Shown here piece by piece: positions 10,567-19,777 of a stretch of 64,000 nucleotides of DNA. The DNA comes from Candidatus Sericytochromatia bacterium (lineage in GTDB: Bacteria; Cyanobacteriota; Sericytochromatia; S15B-MN24; UBA4093). The notes under the pieces were generated by a model that saw only the letters and a program-made list of their open reading frames with translations, did no database searches and was not told where the DNA came from. The stretch lies in contig JAKFBU010000026.1 of the NCBI GenBank assembly GCA_036676985.1, forward strand, positions 64,001 to 128,000. The letters are read 5' to 3'. Positions within the stretch are counted from its first letter, which is position 1, and the number at the start of each line of letters is the position of its first letter. The translations under genes were made by a program, and so were the position numbers.

Positions 10567-10718
10567 TCCGTCACCAGACCCTCGTCCTGCCCCGTCCCGA
10601 GGCGCTCGACCCGCATGCCCTGGAGCGGGCCATTGCCGAGGCCGTCGGGCGCGCGCCCCTGCGGTGGGCGATCGCGGCCGTCGAGGGCGATCGCCTGATC
10701 CTCGAGGTGACGGCATGA
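10563..10718 (+). CDS. 51-aa protein missed by the ORF track (MIRHQTLVLPRPEALDPHALERAIAEAVGRAPLRWAIAAVEGDRLILEVTA)
   Basis: GTGA overlap with the fliA stop and ATGA overlap with the next start; GC3-rich codons; PLRWAI motif recalls small conserved cyanobacterial proteins. Confidence 0.75.
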   Translation: MIRHQTLVLPRPEALDPHALERAIAEAVGRAPLRWAIAAVEGDRLILEVTA

Positions 10719-11788
10719 CCCGTCCCTTCACCGCCGTCTTGGTCGTGCCCACGGGCCTCGGCGCCGAGGTCGGAGGCTACGCGGGCGACGCCACGCCCGT
10801 GGCGAACCTGCTCGCGAGCTGCGTCGATCGCCTCGTCACGCACCCCAACGTCGTCAACGCCGCGAGCCTCTTCGGGGCACGCTCCAACGTCTGGTACGTG
10901 GAGGGCTACGCGCTCGATCGCTTTTGCCTGGACGAGTGGGCGCTGCGGCCCGTGCGCTCGAACCGGGTGGGGCTCCTGATCGATCGGGCGATCGTGGACG
11001 GAGATCCCGCGGGCCTGGCCCACCTGCTCACGGCGGCCGAGGCCTGCCGTGCAGTCAAGGGCGTCGGCATGACCGGCTGGCGGGCCACCGACGAGCCCGT
11101 GCGCACCCGCATCGTGCTGGACGACCGGGGGGCGAGCACGGGCGAGGTGGACAACCCCGAGACCCTGTTGCGGGGTGCCCGGGCGCTCATCGCCGACGGC
11201 GCGGACGCCGTGGCGCTGGTGGTGCGCATGCCCGAGCTGCCGGAGGCAGCGGTCGCGACCTACCTCGAAGGGGGCGGCCCGGATCCCATCGGCGGCCTGG
11301 AGGCCGTGCTGTCGCACCTCATCGTGCGCGAACTGGGCATTCCGTGCGCCCATGCCCCCTACGAGCCGCCGGACCCCGCCCATGACGCCGACCCCCGGGT
11401 GGCCGCGGAGTCGGTCGGCTATACCTTTTTGCCGTGCGTCCTCGAGGGCCTGGCCAGGGCCCCACGCCCCGTTCCCGCCGCCGCAGCCGGTCCCTGGGAC
11501 CTGCGCATGCACGATGTGGATGCCCTCGTCGTCCCCTGGGCGGCTTGTGGCGGGATTCCGGCCCTCTCGGCCATTTGGCGGGGCGTGCCCCTCATCGCCG
11601 TGCGGGAGAATGCGGTGGCGGCCCAGGGCGACCCGGCGAGCCTCGGGCTGCCCGGCGTGCTGGAGGCCGCGACCTATCTGGAGGCGGCGGGTCTCTTGAT
11701 GGCCCTGCGCGCGGGCATCGCCCCCGAGACGGTGCGCCGTCCCCTGGGGCGCCTGCAGCGCCTCAGTCCTTCCCCAGCAGCCCGTTGA
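10715..11788 (+). CDS. DUF3326 family protein
   Basis: LVVPTGLGAEVGGYAGDATP, LVTHPNVVNAA, YVEGYALD, DPIGGLEAVLSH, PCAHAP, DPRVAAESVGYTFLPCVL. Confidence 0.88.
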   Translation: MTRPFTAVLVVPTGLGAEVGGYAGDATPVANLLASCVDRLVTHPNVVNAASLFGARSNVWYVEGYALDRFCLDEWALRPVRSNRVGLLIDRAIVDGDPAGLAHLLTAAEACRAVKGVGMTGWRATDEPVRTRIVLDDRGASTGEVDNPETLLRGARALIADGADAVALVVRMPELPEAAVATYLEGGGPDPIGGLEAVLSHLIVRELGIPCAHAPYEPPDPAHDADPRVAAESVGYTFLPCVLEGLARAPRPVPAAAAGPWDLRMHDVDALVVPWAACGGIPALSAIWRGVPLIAVRENAVAAQGDPASLGLPGVLEAATYLEAAGLLMALRAGIAPETVRRPLGRLQRLSPSPAAR

Positions 11789-13076
11789 GGGTCTCCTGGC
11801 TCAAGGCCGAGCTCGGGGTCAGGTAGACCCCGAACGGCACTCCCCCCTGCTCCAGCGGCTTGACCCAGACGACCCGTCCTTCCAGGTCGATGGGCTCCTG
11901 GCTCGCGTTGAGGCGCAGGAGCACCTCGGAGGTCGGGCGGATGCGGCGGGTCACGTCGAGCAGCCGCGCTCCGCGGGTGCTCACGTCCTGGGTCTCGCCC
12001 CGCAGGAGCTCCTTGCCGTCGAGCACGATGCTCACGGGCACGCGCAGGGGGTGGCGCTGGTCCTGACGCGGCAGGTGGGCGTCCACGATGGCCCAGTCCC
12101 CTTCGGCGAGCGCCATCCGACCGCGCATGGTGCGCACCCAGGGTCGCAGCGGGTCCTGGGTCGGGTGGTCGAGCACGTGGGCGATGTCGCCCGAGCGCAG
12201 GCGCACCTGGGAGAAGGGCGGGTAGGGCCAGATGGCCCGCTCGAAGGCCTCGACCACCCGCGGCTCGTAGCGGGTGCCGGCGCTGCGCCGCACCATCTGA
12301 TAGGCGAAGCCCGGCGAGAAGCGGCGGCGGTAGATGCAGTCCGCGATCAGAGAGTCGTAGACCTCGGCCAAGGAGACGATCGCGGCTCCTTCGGGCACCT
12401 GGCTGCCATGCAGGGCGGACGGATAGCCGTGACCGTTCCACCACTCGTGGTGGTAGCGGATCATGTCCGCCATGCGGGGGGTGAGGGCGTCGCCCAGCCA
12501 CTCGCGGGCGATCTCGACGCCGAGCAAGGGATGGCGCCGCATCTGCATGGTCTCCCAGGTCCCGAGGGCTCCGGGACGCAGGCGGATGGAGGCAGGGAGC
12601 CGGAGCTTGCCGACGTCGTGCAGGAGCGCGCTCAGCCCGATCTCGAGCAGGTCCCGTCCCTCGTAGCCGAGGGCCTGGGCGATACGGGTGGCGAAGAGCA
12701 TCGTATTGACGGGGTGCGTGGCCTCGTGATCGCCGAGCTGGCGCTCGAAGCGCGGCCTGTGGGGCTCATAGGGACCGAGGCTCCGTTGCGCGTCATGCAC
12801 CAGGTCGAAAAAGGCCGCGGGATCCGGAAGGGGCTCCTGGAGGGCGCCCCACTGGACGAGGGCTCCGAGGGCCTGCTCTGCCTGGTAGGCGGTGGCGGGG
12901 GAGCCGAAGGGCCTTTCGGCATGGGCCAGGAGCGGGAGCACGTCCGCCTCCGTGACGCCGAACTGGCGAAGGCGGTCGAGGACCTGCGGGGTCACCTCCG
13001 CTCCCCCGATAAGCAGCAGGTTGCCCGTGATCGGGTGGTGGAGGTCGGCCTTGAGGCGGCCGAAGAGCTCTGACAT
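11763..13076 (-). CDS. HD-GYP phosphodiesterase with C-terminal PilZ domain
   Basis: LLHDVGK, HHEWWNGHGYP, AEVYDSL; C-terminal RQDQR and DVSTRG. Confidence 0.85.
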   Translation of the reverse strand: MSELFGRLKADLHHPITGNLLLIGGAEVTPQVLDRLRQFGVTEADVLPLLAHAERPFGSPATAYQAEQALGALVQWGALQEPLPDPAAFFDLVHDAQRSLGPYEPHRPRFERQLGDHEATHPVNTMLFATRIAQALGYEGRDLLEIGLSALLHDVGKLRLPASIRLRPGALGTWETMQMRRHPLLGVEIAREWLGDALTPRMADMIRYHHEWWNGHGYPSALHGSQVPEGAAIVSLAEVYDSLIADCIYRRRFSPGFAYQMVRRSAGTRYEPRVVEAFERAIWPYPPFSQVRLRSGDIAHVLDHPTQDPLRPWVRTMRGRMALAEGDWAIVDAHLPRQDQRHPLRVPVSIVLDGKELLRGETQDVSTRGARLLDVTRRIRPTSEVLLRLNASQEPIDLEGRVVWVKPLEQGGVPFGVYLTPSSALSQETLNGLLGKD

Positions 13077-13217
13077 GGGCGTCTCGTTTCTTTATCCGTA
13101 GCAATATTCCCGGTTGCCGCGCCGCCTAACCCTGGCTCGCACGGGGACGAGGGGCGCTTCTCTGGTGCCGGGCACGCGGGTGGACGGTTAGGATAGGGCC
13201 CGGGAAAAGGAGGAGGT

Positions 13218-13709
13218 ATGGCCGAGAAGATTCAACTGGACGAGCTCTTCAAGCGTCTGAAGGGTTTTCGGACGGCGATGCTCACGACGGTGACGGCCGA
13301 GGGCTACATCCACTCTCGGCCCATGATGACGCAGGAGCGGGAGCCGGATGCGGACCTTTGGTTCGTCAGCTCCCTGAAGTCGGACAAGATCCATGAGATC
13401 AAGGCCCATCCGAAGGTGGGCGTCATCTACTTCCATGACAGCGACGACTCCTACCTCTCGCTGTCGGGCGACGCCCGGGTGGAGACGGACAAGGCGTTCA
13501 TCCGGAGCCACTGGAAGGAAGACTGGCGCGCCTGGTTCCCGGACGGTCCCGAGCAGGCGGACATCTGCATGATCAAGGTGGAGCCGCATGAGGCCGAGTA
13601 CTGGGAGCCCAAGGGCGGCCGGATCCGGGTCATGTTCGAGGTGGCGCGCGGGGTGCTGACGGGGACGCACCCCGAGATCAACCCGCCGGTGAAGGGGGAG
13701 ATCAAGTAG
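13218..13709 (+). CDS. General stress protein 26 / pyridoxamine 5'-phosphate oxidase-like FMN-binding protein
   Basis: AMLTT, HSRPM, LWF, AWFPDG, AEYW; strong GGAGG RBS. Confidence 0.85.
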   Translation: MAEKIQLDELFKRLKGFRTAMLTTVTAEGYIHSRPMMTQEREPDADLWFVSSLKSDKIHEIKAHPKVGVIYFHDSDDSYLSLSGDARVETDKAFIRSHWKEDWRAWFPDGPEQADICMIKVEPHEAEYWEPKGGRIRVMFEVARGVLTGTHPEINPPVKGEIK

Positions 13710-13747
13710 GGGCCCTCCGGTGGGACCTGATCCGACTTAGAACGACC

Positions 13748-13776
13748 GGAGGCCCCGGGGATTCCCCGGGGCCTCC
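13748..13776. terminator. Bidirectional hairpin terminator
   Basis: GGAGGCCCCGGGG-ATT-CCCCGGGGCCTCC between convergent genes. Confidence 0.7.
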
Positions 13777-13786
13777 TGAAAGTCGC

Positions 13787-14689
13787 TTAGCGGTTGCTGG
13801 CGTGGGCGACGAAGATCTCGTCGACCTTGTCCGGCGTGACGTAGGCGTAGGGCATGTAGAAGTAGCCCTTGTCGCCCCAGCCCTTGCCCCAGCTGTTCTT
13901 GATGATGAGGACCTGCTGGGCGTCGTCGTAGCCGACCACCAGGATGGCGTGGCCGCCGAGCAGCTGCTCGTTGGGCTTGGGCATCGGCATCTTGCCGGTG
14001 GTGGCGACGACCGGGCTCATGAAGCTCTTGTAGACCATGTAGCCGAAGACCGCCGGGTTGCCCTTGGCGAGCTGCTCCTTGAGCTGGTCGAGGCCGTTGA
14101 GGAGCGTGAAGCCGTCGATCTTGGCCGCCGCCGCCTCGGCCTCGGCCGCCGCCGAGGGCTTGTTGCGGAACTTGCTGATGTCGTAGGGCATCGTGGCGTC
14201 CAGGGCGTTGCCGTTGGCCTTGAGCACTTCCATGCCGTCGATCATCAGCGAGCCCGAATCCTCGTCGACCGTGCCCATCCGCTCGCGCTCCTTGTAGTAG
14301 AGGTAGAGCGCGCTCAGGGACTTGGCCTCGCCGCCGTTGAGGCTGGTGACGGTCTCACGCAGGCCCTTGCCCATGGCGAACGCCGTGCAGGCGCCCAGCG
14401 AGCCCTGGTCGTAGATGGGGCTCACCTTGCCGGTGGTGCGCAGGTCGACCGAAGCGGGCAGGTTGGCGGCCTTGACGCCGGTGTTGAAGCCGAAGCTCTT
14501 GAGGCGGTAGCTGCCGGTGAACTTGTAGCCGAAGCGACGCGCCTTGCCCGTGCCGTCGGTGAAGACCTTGGTCGAACCCTTGGACTCGAGGCTCGTGCCG
14601 TTGGTCGCGGCCGGGGTGAGGCCGCAGCCGGCGAGCACGCCGGCGAGGATGACGGCCGACGACAGCCAGGCAAACTTCTTGGTCTTCAC
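13787..14689 (-). CDS. Papain-family (C1) cysteine peptidase lipoprotein
   Basis: Lipobox LAGC; DQGSLGACTAF, GGHAILVVGY, KNSWGKGWGDKGYF; GTG start after AAGGAG. Confidence 0.9.
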   Translation of the reverse strand: MKTKKFAWLSSAVILAGVLAGCGLTPAATNGTSLESKGSTKVFTDGTGKARRFGYKFTGSYRLKSFGFNTGVKAANLPASVDLRTTGKVSPIYDQGSLGACTAFAMGKGLRETVTSLNGGEAKSLSALYLYYKERERMGTVDEDSGSLMIDGMEVLKANGNALDATMPYDISKFRNKPSAAAEAEAAAAKIDGFTLLNGLDQLKEQLAKGNPAVFGYMVYKSFMSPVVATTGKMPMPKPNEQLLGGHAILVVGYDDAQQVLIIKNSWGKGWGDKGYFYMPYAYVTPDKVDEIFVAHASNR

Positions 14690-14751
14690 GCTGCGATGCT
14701 CCTTGCGGTGGGGGGCGGGGCCCCGAGAGGTCGACGATTGTTGCGCTGCAG

Positions 14752-14847
14752 TTAAGTGAATCACAATGTTCTCTTAACCTCGAGCCAGCATACGGTTGCT
14801 CACCACCTTGGGTCAAGGCGGCGATCGCAGATTTAATGGGCCTTTAT
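14752..14847 (-). promoter_or_regulatory. sigma70-like promoter (TTGACC-N18-TATGCT) flanked by 11-bp-phased TTAA half-sites
   Basis: -35 at 14811-14816, -10 at 14787-14792; TTAA 14752 / ACAA 14763 / TTAA 14774 and TTAA 14833 / TTAT 14844. Confidence 0.55.
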
Positions 14848-14929
14848 TGATCGCAAAGCGGTTTTTAATGAACGGCAAATATATCCGTGCATGTGTACAC
14901 GAATAGGTCGAACCCTTCGTGCCGCGACC

Positions 14930-15051
14930 CTAGATTCCCGCTTCCGCGGGAATGACGGGAGCGCTCATTCAGGGCGGGAAGCGGGCTCGGTCGTAGCCTG
15001 CTCTATCGTGCAGCAGGCGCTCCCGTCACCCTCGCGCAAGCGGGGGTCCAG
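14930..15051. repeat. Inverted pair of CGTC-type REP palindromes (REPIN-like)
   Basis: Reverse-strand GCGCTCCCGTCATTCCCGCGGAAGCGGGAATCTAG faces GCGCTCCCGTCACCCTCGCGCAAGCGGGGGTCCAG. Confidence 0.7.
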
Positions 15052-15139
15052 CGTAAGCGCTCCGGTGGTCGAGCTTCCAGGCTAAAAGGGAAACCCCCGG
15101 CCGTGAAGCCGGGGGCGAGGGGAGGGTTGGGGTTGGGGG

Positions 15140-16495
15140 TTACTGGTTCTGGCCGACCTGGCGCAGGGGCGAGGGGTTGAACTTCTGGATGCGGTTGTTG
15201 TTGGTATCGCTGATGTAGACGAAGCCGTCGTTGTCGATGGCGATACCGGTCGGCTTGTTGAACTGGCCGGGGTTCGCGCCCATCCCGCCGAACTCCGACA
15301 GGTAGGTGCCCTGGTTGCTGTACCGAACCACGCGGTTGTTGCCCGAGTCGACCACGTAGAAGTCGCCGTTGCGGTTGTCGACCGCGATGTCCGTCGGGTT
15401 CTCGAACTGGTTGGCGCCACGGCCGTGCAGGGTGCCGAAGTAGAGGACCGGCTGGTTGGCCGAGTTCGTGAGGTCGTACTTCTTGATGACCTGGTTCTGC
15501 GAGCCGTTGTCGATGACGTAGAGGTTGTCGTTGGCATCCGCCGCGATGGCCGAGACCGCCGCCGAGACGGGGATCTCGCGGCGCAGCTGGCCGCTCGAGT
15601 TGAAGACCATGATCTTGCCGGCCTTGTTGACGAGCGCGAAGCCGTCCTTGAGCGACTGGATGTCGTAGGGCTGGCCGATGCCGGGGAAGTAGTTGAGGTT
15701 GGTGTTGGGCTTGACCAGGTTGCCCTCGAGGTCGTAGCGCTTGACCGGGTTGGCCGGCGAGAAGACACCCTTGGGGTCGCACAGGAAGACGTTGCCGCCC
15801 TTGTCCGTGGACATGCCCATCGGCTGGAAGATGTGCTCCGACTCGTTGAGGAGCCAGTTGAGGTTGTCGCCGAAGGTCTTGCTGGAGCCGCCCATCGTGT
15901 CGAAACGCTTGACCGCCCACAGCTCCTTGGGGGTGGTGAAGGGGCCGAGCTCGAAGTTGACCTTGGCCGTCGTGTAGAGGTAGTTCTTCGCGGCATCGAA
16001 GGCCATGTACTGCGGATAGGCGAAGCCCGTGAACGAGGTGACGAACGCGTTGGTCACGGCGTCCACGCTCTCGGTGAGCACGATGTCGGGCGAGGTCACG
16101 GTCTGACCGGCCATCACGTCGACGATCACGTCGCCGTTGACCGACAGGAAGGTGAACCCCTGCTTGTAGAGGGCCAGCTTCTGCTTGGCGGCCGGCACGT
16201 TCTGGAGGATGAACTCGCCCGCGCCGTCGGTGGTGGTCGAGCGGTTGGCCGTCGAGCCGACGCCCATCAGGGTGATCTGAACGCCCGAGATGCCGAGCTT
16301 GGTGCGCGAGTTGACGACCCGGCCGGTCACGGTGCCGGTGGGAAGGTTGATCGTCTGGTTGAACCCGCCGCTGCCGCCGCTGGTGCTGTCCATCGGGGGC
16401 GTGCTGTAGACGCGTCCGCAACCGACCAGCGCAGAGGCCGCAAGAACCGTCGCGATGAGGTTAATCAATCGACGTGCGTTCACTTGGCTCACCAT
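15140..16495 (-). CDS. Lipoprotein with carboxypeptidase-regulatory-like domain and NHL beta-propeller
   Basis: Lipobox LVGC; GTVTGRV..TDGAGEF; QFENPTDIAVD, QFNKPTGIAID..DTNNNRIQKF. Confidence 0.85.
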   Translation of the reverse strand: MVSQVNARRLINLIATVLAASALVGCGRVYSTPPMDSTSGGSGGFNQTINLPTGTVTGRVVNSRTKLGISGVQITLMGVGSTANRSTTTDGAGEFILQNVPAAKQKLALYKQGFTFLSVNGDVIVDVMAGQTVTSPDIVLTESVDAVTNAFVTSFTGFAYPQYMAFDAAKNYLYTTAKVNFELGPFTTPKELWAVKRFDTMGGSSKTFGDNLNWLLNESEHIFQPMGMSTDKGGNVFLCDPKGVFSPANPVKRYDLEGNLVKPNTNLNYFPGIGQPYDIQSLKDGFALVNKAGKIMVFNSSGQLRREIPVSAAVSAIAADANDNLYVIDNGSQNQVIKKYDLTNSANQPVLYFGTLHGRGANQFENPTDIAVDNRNGDFYVVDSGNNRVVRYSNQGTYLSEFGGMGANPGQFNKPTGIAIDNDGFVYISDTNNNRIQKFNPSPLRQVGQNQ

Positions 16496-16519
16496 TCCCT
16501 TCCCGTTCGCAAGCTGTCA

Positions 16520-16601
16520 TTAAAGCTCTGTTAATTGACCTGGAATCGTTATCGGGAGCCCGCAGGGGGATCTTGCGTCCCATTGTATAAATTCGAGTTA
16601 A
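16520..16601 (-). promoter_or_regulatory. sigma28-like promoter GCAAG-N15-CCCGATAA with TTAA-N7-TTAA box
   Basis: -35 at 16572-16576, -10 at 16549-16556; TTAA at 16520 and 16531; ATAA 16587 / TTAA 16598. Confidence 0.55.
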
Positions 16602-16623
16602 GGATCGCTAGTGTCGCAATTAA

Positions 16624-16652
16624 GCCGGCCCGATCCAACGGATCGGGCCGGC
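16624..16652 (-). terminator. Hairpin downstream of ilvE
   Basis: GCCGGCCCGATCC-AAC-GGATCGGGCCGGC. Confidence 0.6.
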
Positions 16653-16691
16653 TGCATGGCGGGAGATCGGGGCCTTGGGGGCCGCGGGCGC

Positions 16692-17660
16692 CTAGCGCAG
16701 GGACGCGGTGGCCTGGTTCGAGGCCGTGTCGCCTGCCTGACCGCCGTAGACGGGGCGCACCCAGTGGCTGTACTGGGGCAGCTTGCCGCGGACGGCGTCG
16801 TGGTAGAGCTGGCGCAGCTTCTGGGTGATGGGGCCCATGGTGCCGTCGCCGACCGAGCGGTTGTCGACGCTCTCGACCCACGCGATCTGGGCGCCGGTCC
16901 CGCAGAGCAGCATCTCGTCGGCGATCATCAGCTCGGTGCGGTCGATGGGCCGGCACACGGTGGGGATCCCGAGCTCCTTGTCCGCCAGCTCCATGATGGC
17001 CTTGCGGGTCACGCCCTCGAGGATGTTGTCGTACTGGCCGGGCGTCACGAGCTCGCCCTCGCGGACGATGAAGATGTTCTCGGCGGAGCCCTCGCAGACG
17101 TGGCCGTCCGTGTTGAGGAAGATCGCCTCGTCGAAGCCGCGGTGATAGGCCTCGGTCTTGGCGAGGGCCGAGTTGATGTAGCCGCCGACGACCTTGGCGC
17201 GGGCCGGGATCATGGTGTCGTCGATCCGGCGCCAGCTGCTGACACCGCACTTGAGGCCCCGCTCCGTGTCGATGTAGTTGCCCATGGGCGTGACGTAGAT
17301 GTGGAAGGCGTCCTTGAGGTTGTGCAGGCGGACGCCGACGACCCCGTCCTCCTTGTAGAGGGTGGGGCGGATGTAGATGTCTTGCCGATAGCCGCACTGA
17401 CGGATGAGATCCATGGTCAGATCGACCAGCTCGGACAGCGTATGGGGCAGCTCCATGAAGAGGATCTTCGCGGAGCGGAACATGCGTTGGTAGTGCTCTT
17501 CGAGGAAGAGGGCGTAGAGCTCCTCCTGCTCCTCGTTCCAATAGGCGCGGATCCCCTCGAAACACCCGGTGCCGTAGTTGAAGGCATGGCACATGATGTT
17601 GATGTTGGCGTCCTCGAGCGGGACGACCGAGCCCTGGAAATAGGCCAGTTGTTTCGCCAT
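16692..17660 (-). CDS. ilvE: Branched-chain amino acid aminotransferase
   Basis: HAFNYGTGCFEGIRAY, AKVVGGYINS, EGSAENIF, ILEGVTR, GTGAQI. Confidence 0.93.
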   Translation of the reverse strand: MAKQLAYFQGSVVPLEDANINIMCHAFNYGTGCFEGIRAYWNEEQEELYALFLEEHYQRMFRSAKILFMELPHTLSELVDLTMDLIRQCGYRQDIYIRPTLYKEDGVVGVRLHNLKDAFHIYVTPMGNYIDTERGLKCGVSSWRRIDDTMIPARAKVVGGYINSALAKTEAYHRGFDEAIFLNTDGHVCEGSAENIFIVREGELVTPGQYDNILEGVTRKAIMELADKELGIPTVCRPIDRTELMIADEMLLCGTGAQIAWVESVDNRSVGDGTMGPITQKLRQLYHDAVRGKLPQYSHWVRPVYGGQAGDTASNQATASLR

Positions 17661-17665
17661 TGTCT

Positions 17666-19777
17666 TTACCTTTCCGGAGCGGACGGCATGCTGTCCACTC
17701 GCTGCAAGAAGGGATCGCACCATTGCGACCACCATTGCATGGGGTTTTTGACGGGAACGAGCGGGTGTCCCGTCGGCCCGCCAGCCGCGTCTTGCGACCC
17801 GTCTGGCAGGCTGAAAAGCTCATGATTATAGAATAACACGCCCTCACGCTGTTGGTGCCCAAGAGCGCCTCGTAACAATGATAAGCAGGCTTCGGTCCGG
17901 CCGAGATCCGTAAAAAGCCGCCATAACCAGTGTGAGTCGCGCGGCCAACACACGGCCTCGTGGTACTGCGCATCCCCCAGGTAGATCCGCTCGTCGGAGT
18001 CCTTGACGAGCAGCCCGTACAGGCCGCCCTGATGGTGCACGGAGAGCCGATCGGCGACGGCCTCCCAAGCGGCACGGCGCTCTTCCCGGCTAAAGACGGG
18101 CAGCGGGAGGGTGAGCGCGATCGCCACGATCCCCGGTGAGCCGGCCGTCCAGTCGTACCGCCCGTCCCGGGTGACGAGGCTCGCGATCCGGGCGCCTTGC
18201 GGGTCCCAGAACCGGGCGCGAAACGCGGGGATGGCCGCTGCGAGCATGGCCCGGGCCGCCTCGCGATCGTCCGCCCGGAGGCGGTGCCGGGAGGCCCAGT
18301 GGAGCGATCGCAGCCACTGCGCGTTGATCTCGGGCAGGTAGTAGGCGGCCTGGTGGTTCAACCGGAAGACGTCCTCGGGCGCCATGCCCGTGGCGAGCGC
18401 CTCCTCCTGCCACGCCTTCGAGACCCGCAGGGGCAGATCCGCCACCGGCCCGACGGTGCGCTTGCCGTCGGTCCAGGTGTGCCACGGCACGCACATGAGG
18501 AGACCCTCTTCCGTGAGGACCGGCGGGCCGTCCACCGTCTCGGGCCGCGCCTCCCGAAAGCCCGCGAGGGCCCGCCCGAAGGCGCGGTCCGCGAGTTCGC
18601 GCAGCTCCGGAGCGGCGGGCTCCGGCTCCAGCTCGTCGAGCAGCGTGAACGCGAGCAGGGTGGCGTCCGCCGAGTGGTAGTACTCATCCGGCAGGCGGCC
18701 CGTGCGTTCGGCCACCTCCAGGTCCGAGCGGTGCTCGGGCATGCGGTTGGGGATCCGCCCGCTCAAGGGATCCTGGAGGCGAAAGGCAGCCGCGAGGGCA
18801 TCCGTCACCCGATGGGCGAGCCCCAGGGCCTGCAGAGTTCGCCAGTTGCCGAGCAATCCTTCGAAGACGTCCCGGAACCAGGGCGTGCGGAACCACCACC
18901 CCCCGGCTTCCGGGAGCAAGGTGTCCGCCACGGGCATGCCGAAGCCGTCCGTCATCACGAAGATCCGCTCGGCGAGGCCCGGCTCCTTGCCAACCCAGGC
19001 TCGAATCCGCTCCCAGCGGGCGGTGACTTCGGATGCCGCGGGCGCGGTGAAGGGGGTCTCCAAGAGCGCGCGGGCCTCCGCCAGGGTCGGGGCGACGGCG
19101 AGCCGCATGGCCAGGGTGTCGCCGGGGCCGAGGTCGGCCTCCCAGGTGCCGGGGGCAAGAACGAGGGAGGACTCGGACACGAAGGCGACGCGATCGGCTA
19201 CCTGCTCCCGGAAGCCGCTGCCCATGGGATGCTCCAGCGCATGGGTCTGCCGATCGGGCCGGAAGGCGGCGCCCGGCATGGCGCAGAGCACGGAGGCCCG
19301 GCCGCGCGCGAGGTGGATCCCCTCGGGGCTCGCCTCGCACCGGGTCTCCTCCGGGGCGCTCGCGTCGTACATGTGCCGGAGATCCATGAGGGGGCGCAGC
19401 TCCACCTTGAAGCCGGCCTGTTCCGGGGCCCGAACGACCAGCTCCAGGGCCGTCCCCGAGGGGGCCGCGTGCGGCAAGAGCCGCCATGCCACGCTCCAGC
19501 CCGAGGCGTAGCGGCGCACCACCTCCAGGGGCGTGGCCTCGATCCTCGGTTGGCCGAGCAAGACGGGCGACCCGTCGCGCGTGACGCGCATGCCCACGCT
19601 GTCGAGCACCTTCCAGTTTTCCCCGTCGAGGAGGACCAGGAGGCCTTCGTAGCGGTGTGCCGTGGTGGGATGGTGCCAGCCGTCGGGCGTGAGGCGATCG
19701 CCCGTGCCCTGGACCCATTCGGCCTGGGGCGTCCGGAGGGCGGTCGCCGCCGGCCCCGGCTCGCCCTCCATGATCAT
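17666..19777 (-). CDS. Amylo-alpha-1,6-glucosidase / glycogen-debranching-like (alpha/alpha)6 glycoside hydrolase
   Basis: [44 protein letters not shown]; ATGA-coupled to ruvB. Confidence 0.7.
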   Translation of the reverse strand: MIMEGEPGPAATALRTPQAEWVQGTGDRLTPDGWHHPTTAHRYEGLLVLLDGENWKVLDSVGMRVTRDGSPVLLGQPRIEATPLEVVRRYASGWSVAWRLLPHAAPSGTALELVVRAPEQAGFKVELRPLMDLRHMYDASAPEETRCEASPEGIHLARGRASVLCAMPGAAFRPDRQTHALEHPMGSGFREQVADRVAFVSESSLVLAPGTWEADLGPGDTLAMRLAVAPTLAEARALLETPFTAPAASEVTARWERIRAWVGKEPGLAERIFVMTDGFGMPVADTLLPEAGGWWFRTPWFRDVFEGLLGNWRTLQALGLAHRVTDALAAAFRLQDPLSGRIPNRMPEHRSDLEVAERTGRLPDEYYHSADATLLAFTLLDELEPEPAAPELRELADRAFGRALAGFREARPETVDGPPVLTEEGLLMCVPWHTWTDGKRTVGPVADLPLRVSKAWQEEALATGMAPEDVFRLNHQAAYYLPEINAQWLRSLHWASRHRLRADDREAARAMLAAAIPAFRARFWDPQGARIASLVTRDGRYDWTAGSPGIVAIALTLPLPVFSREERRAAWEAVADRLSVHHQGGLYGLLVKDSDERIYLGDAQYHEAVCWPRDSHWLWRLFTDLGRTEACLSLLRGALGHQQREGVLFYNHELFSLPDGSQDAAGGPTGHPLVPVKNPMQWWSQWCDPFLQRVDSMPSAPER

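Noticed and set aside
6523-10752. 1409-aa minus-strand ORF
   Set aside because: Antisense shadow of flhA-fliA produced by GC3 bias; no recognisable motifs
14968-14985. TTCAGGGCGGG resembling the start of an FMN riboswitch
   Set aside because: Rest of the RFN consensus is absent; it lies in a REP spacer far from the rib genes
17661-17735. Val/Leu-rich frame [10 protein letters not shown] upstream of ilvE as an attenuator peptide
   Set aside because: In frame with ilvE with no stop or terminator, and it overlaps the upstream coding region
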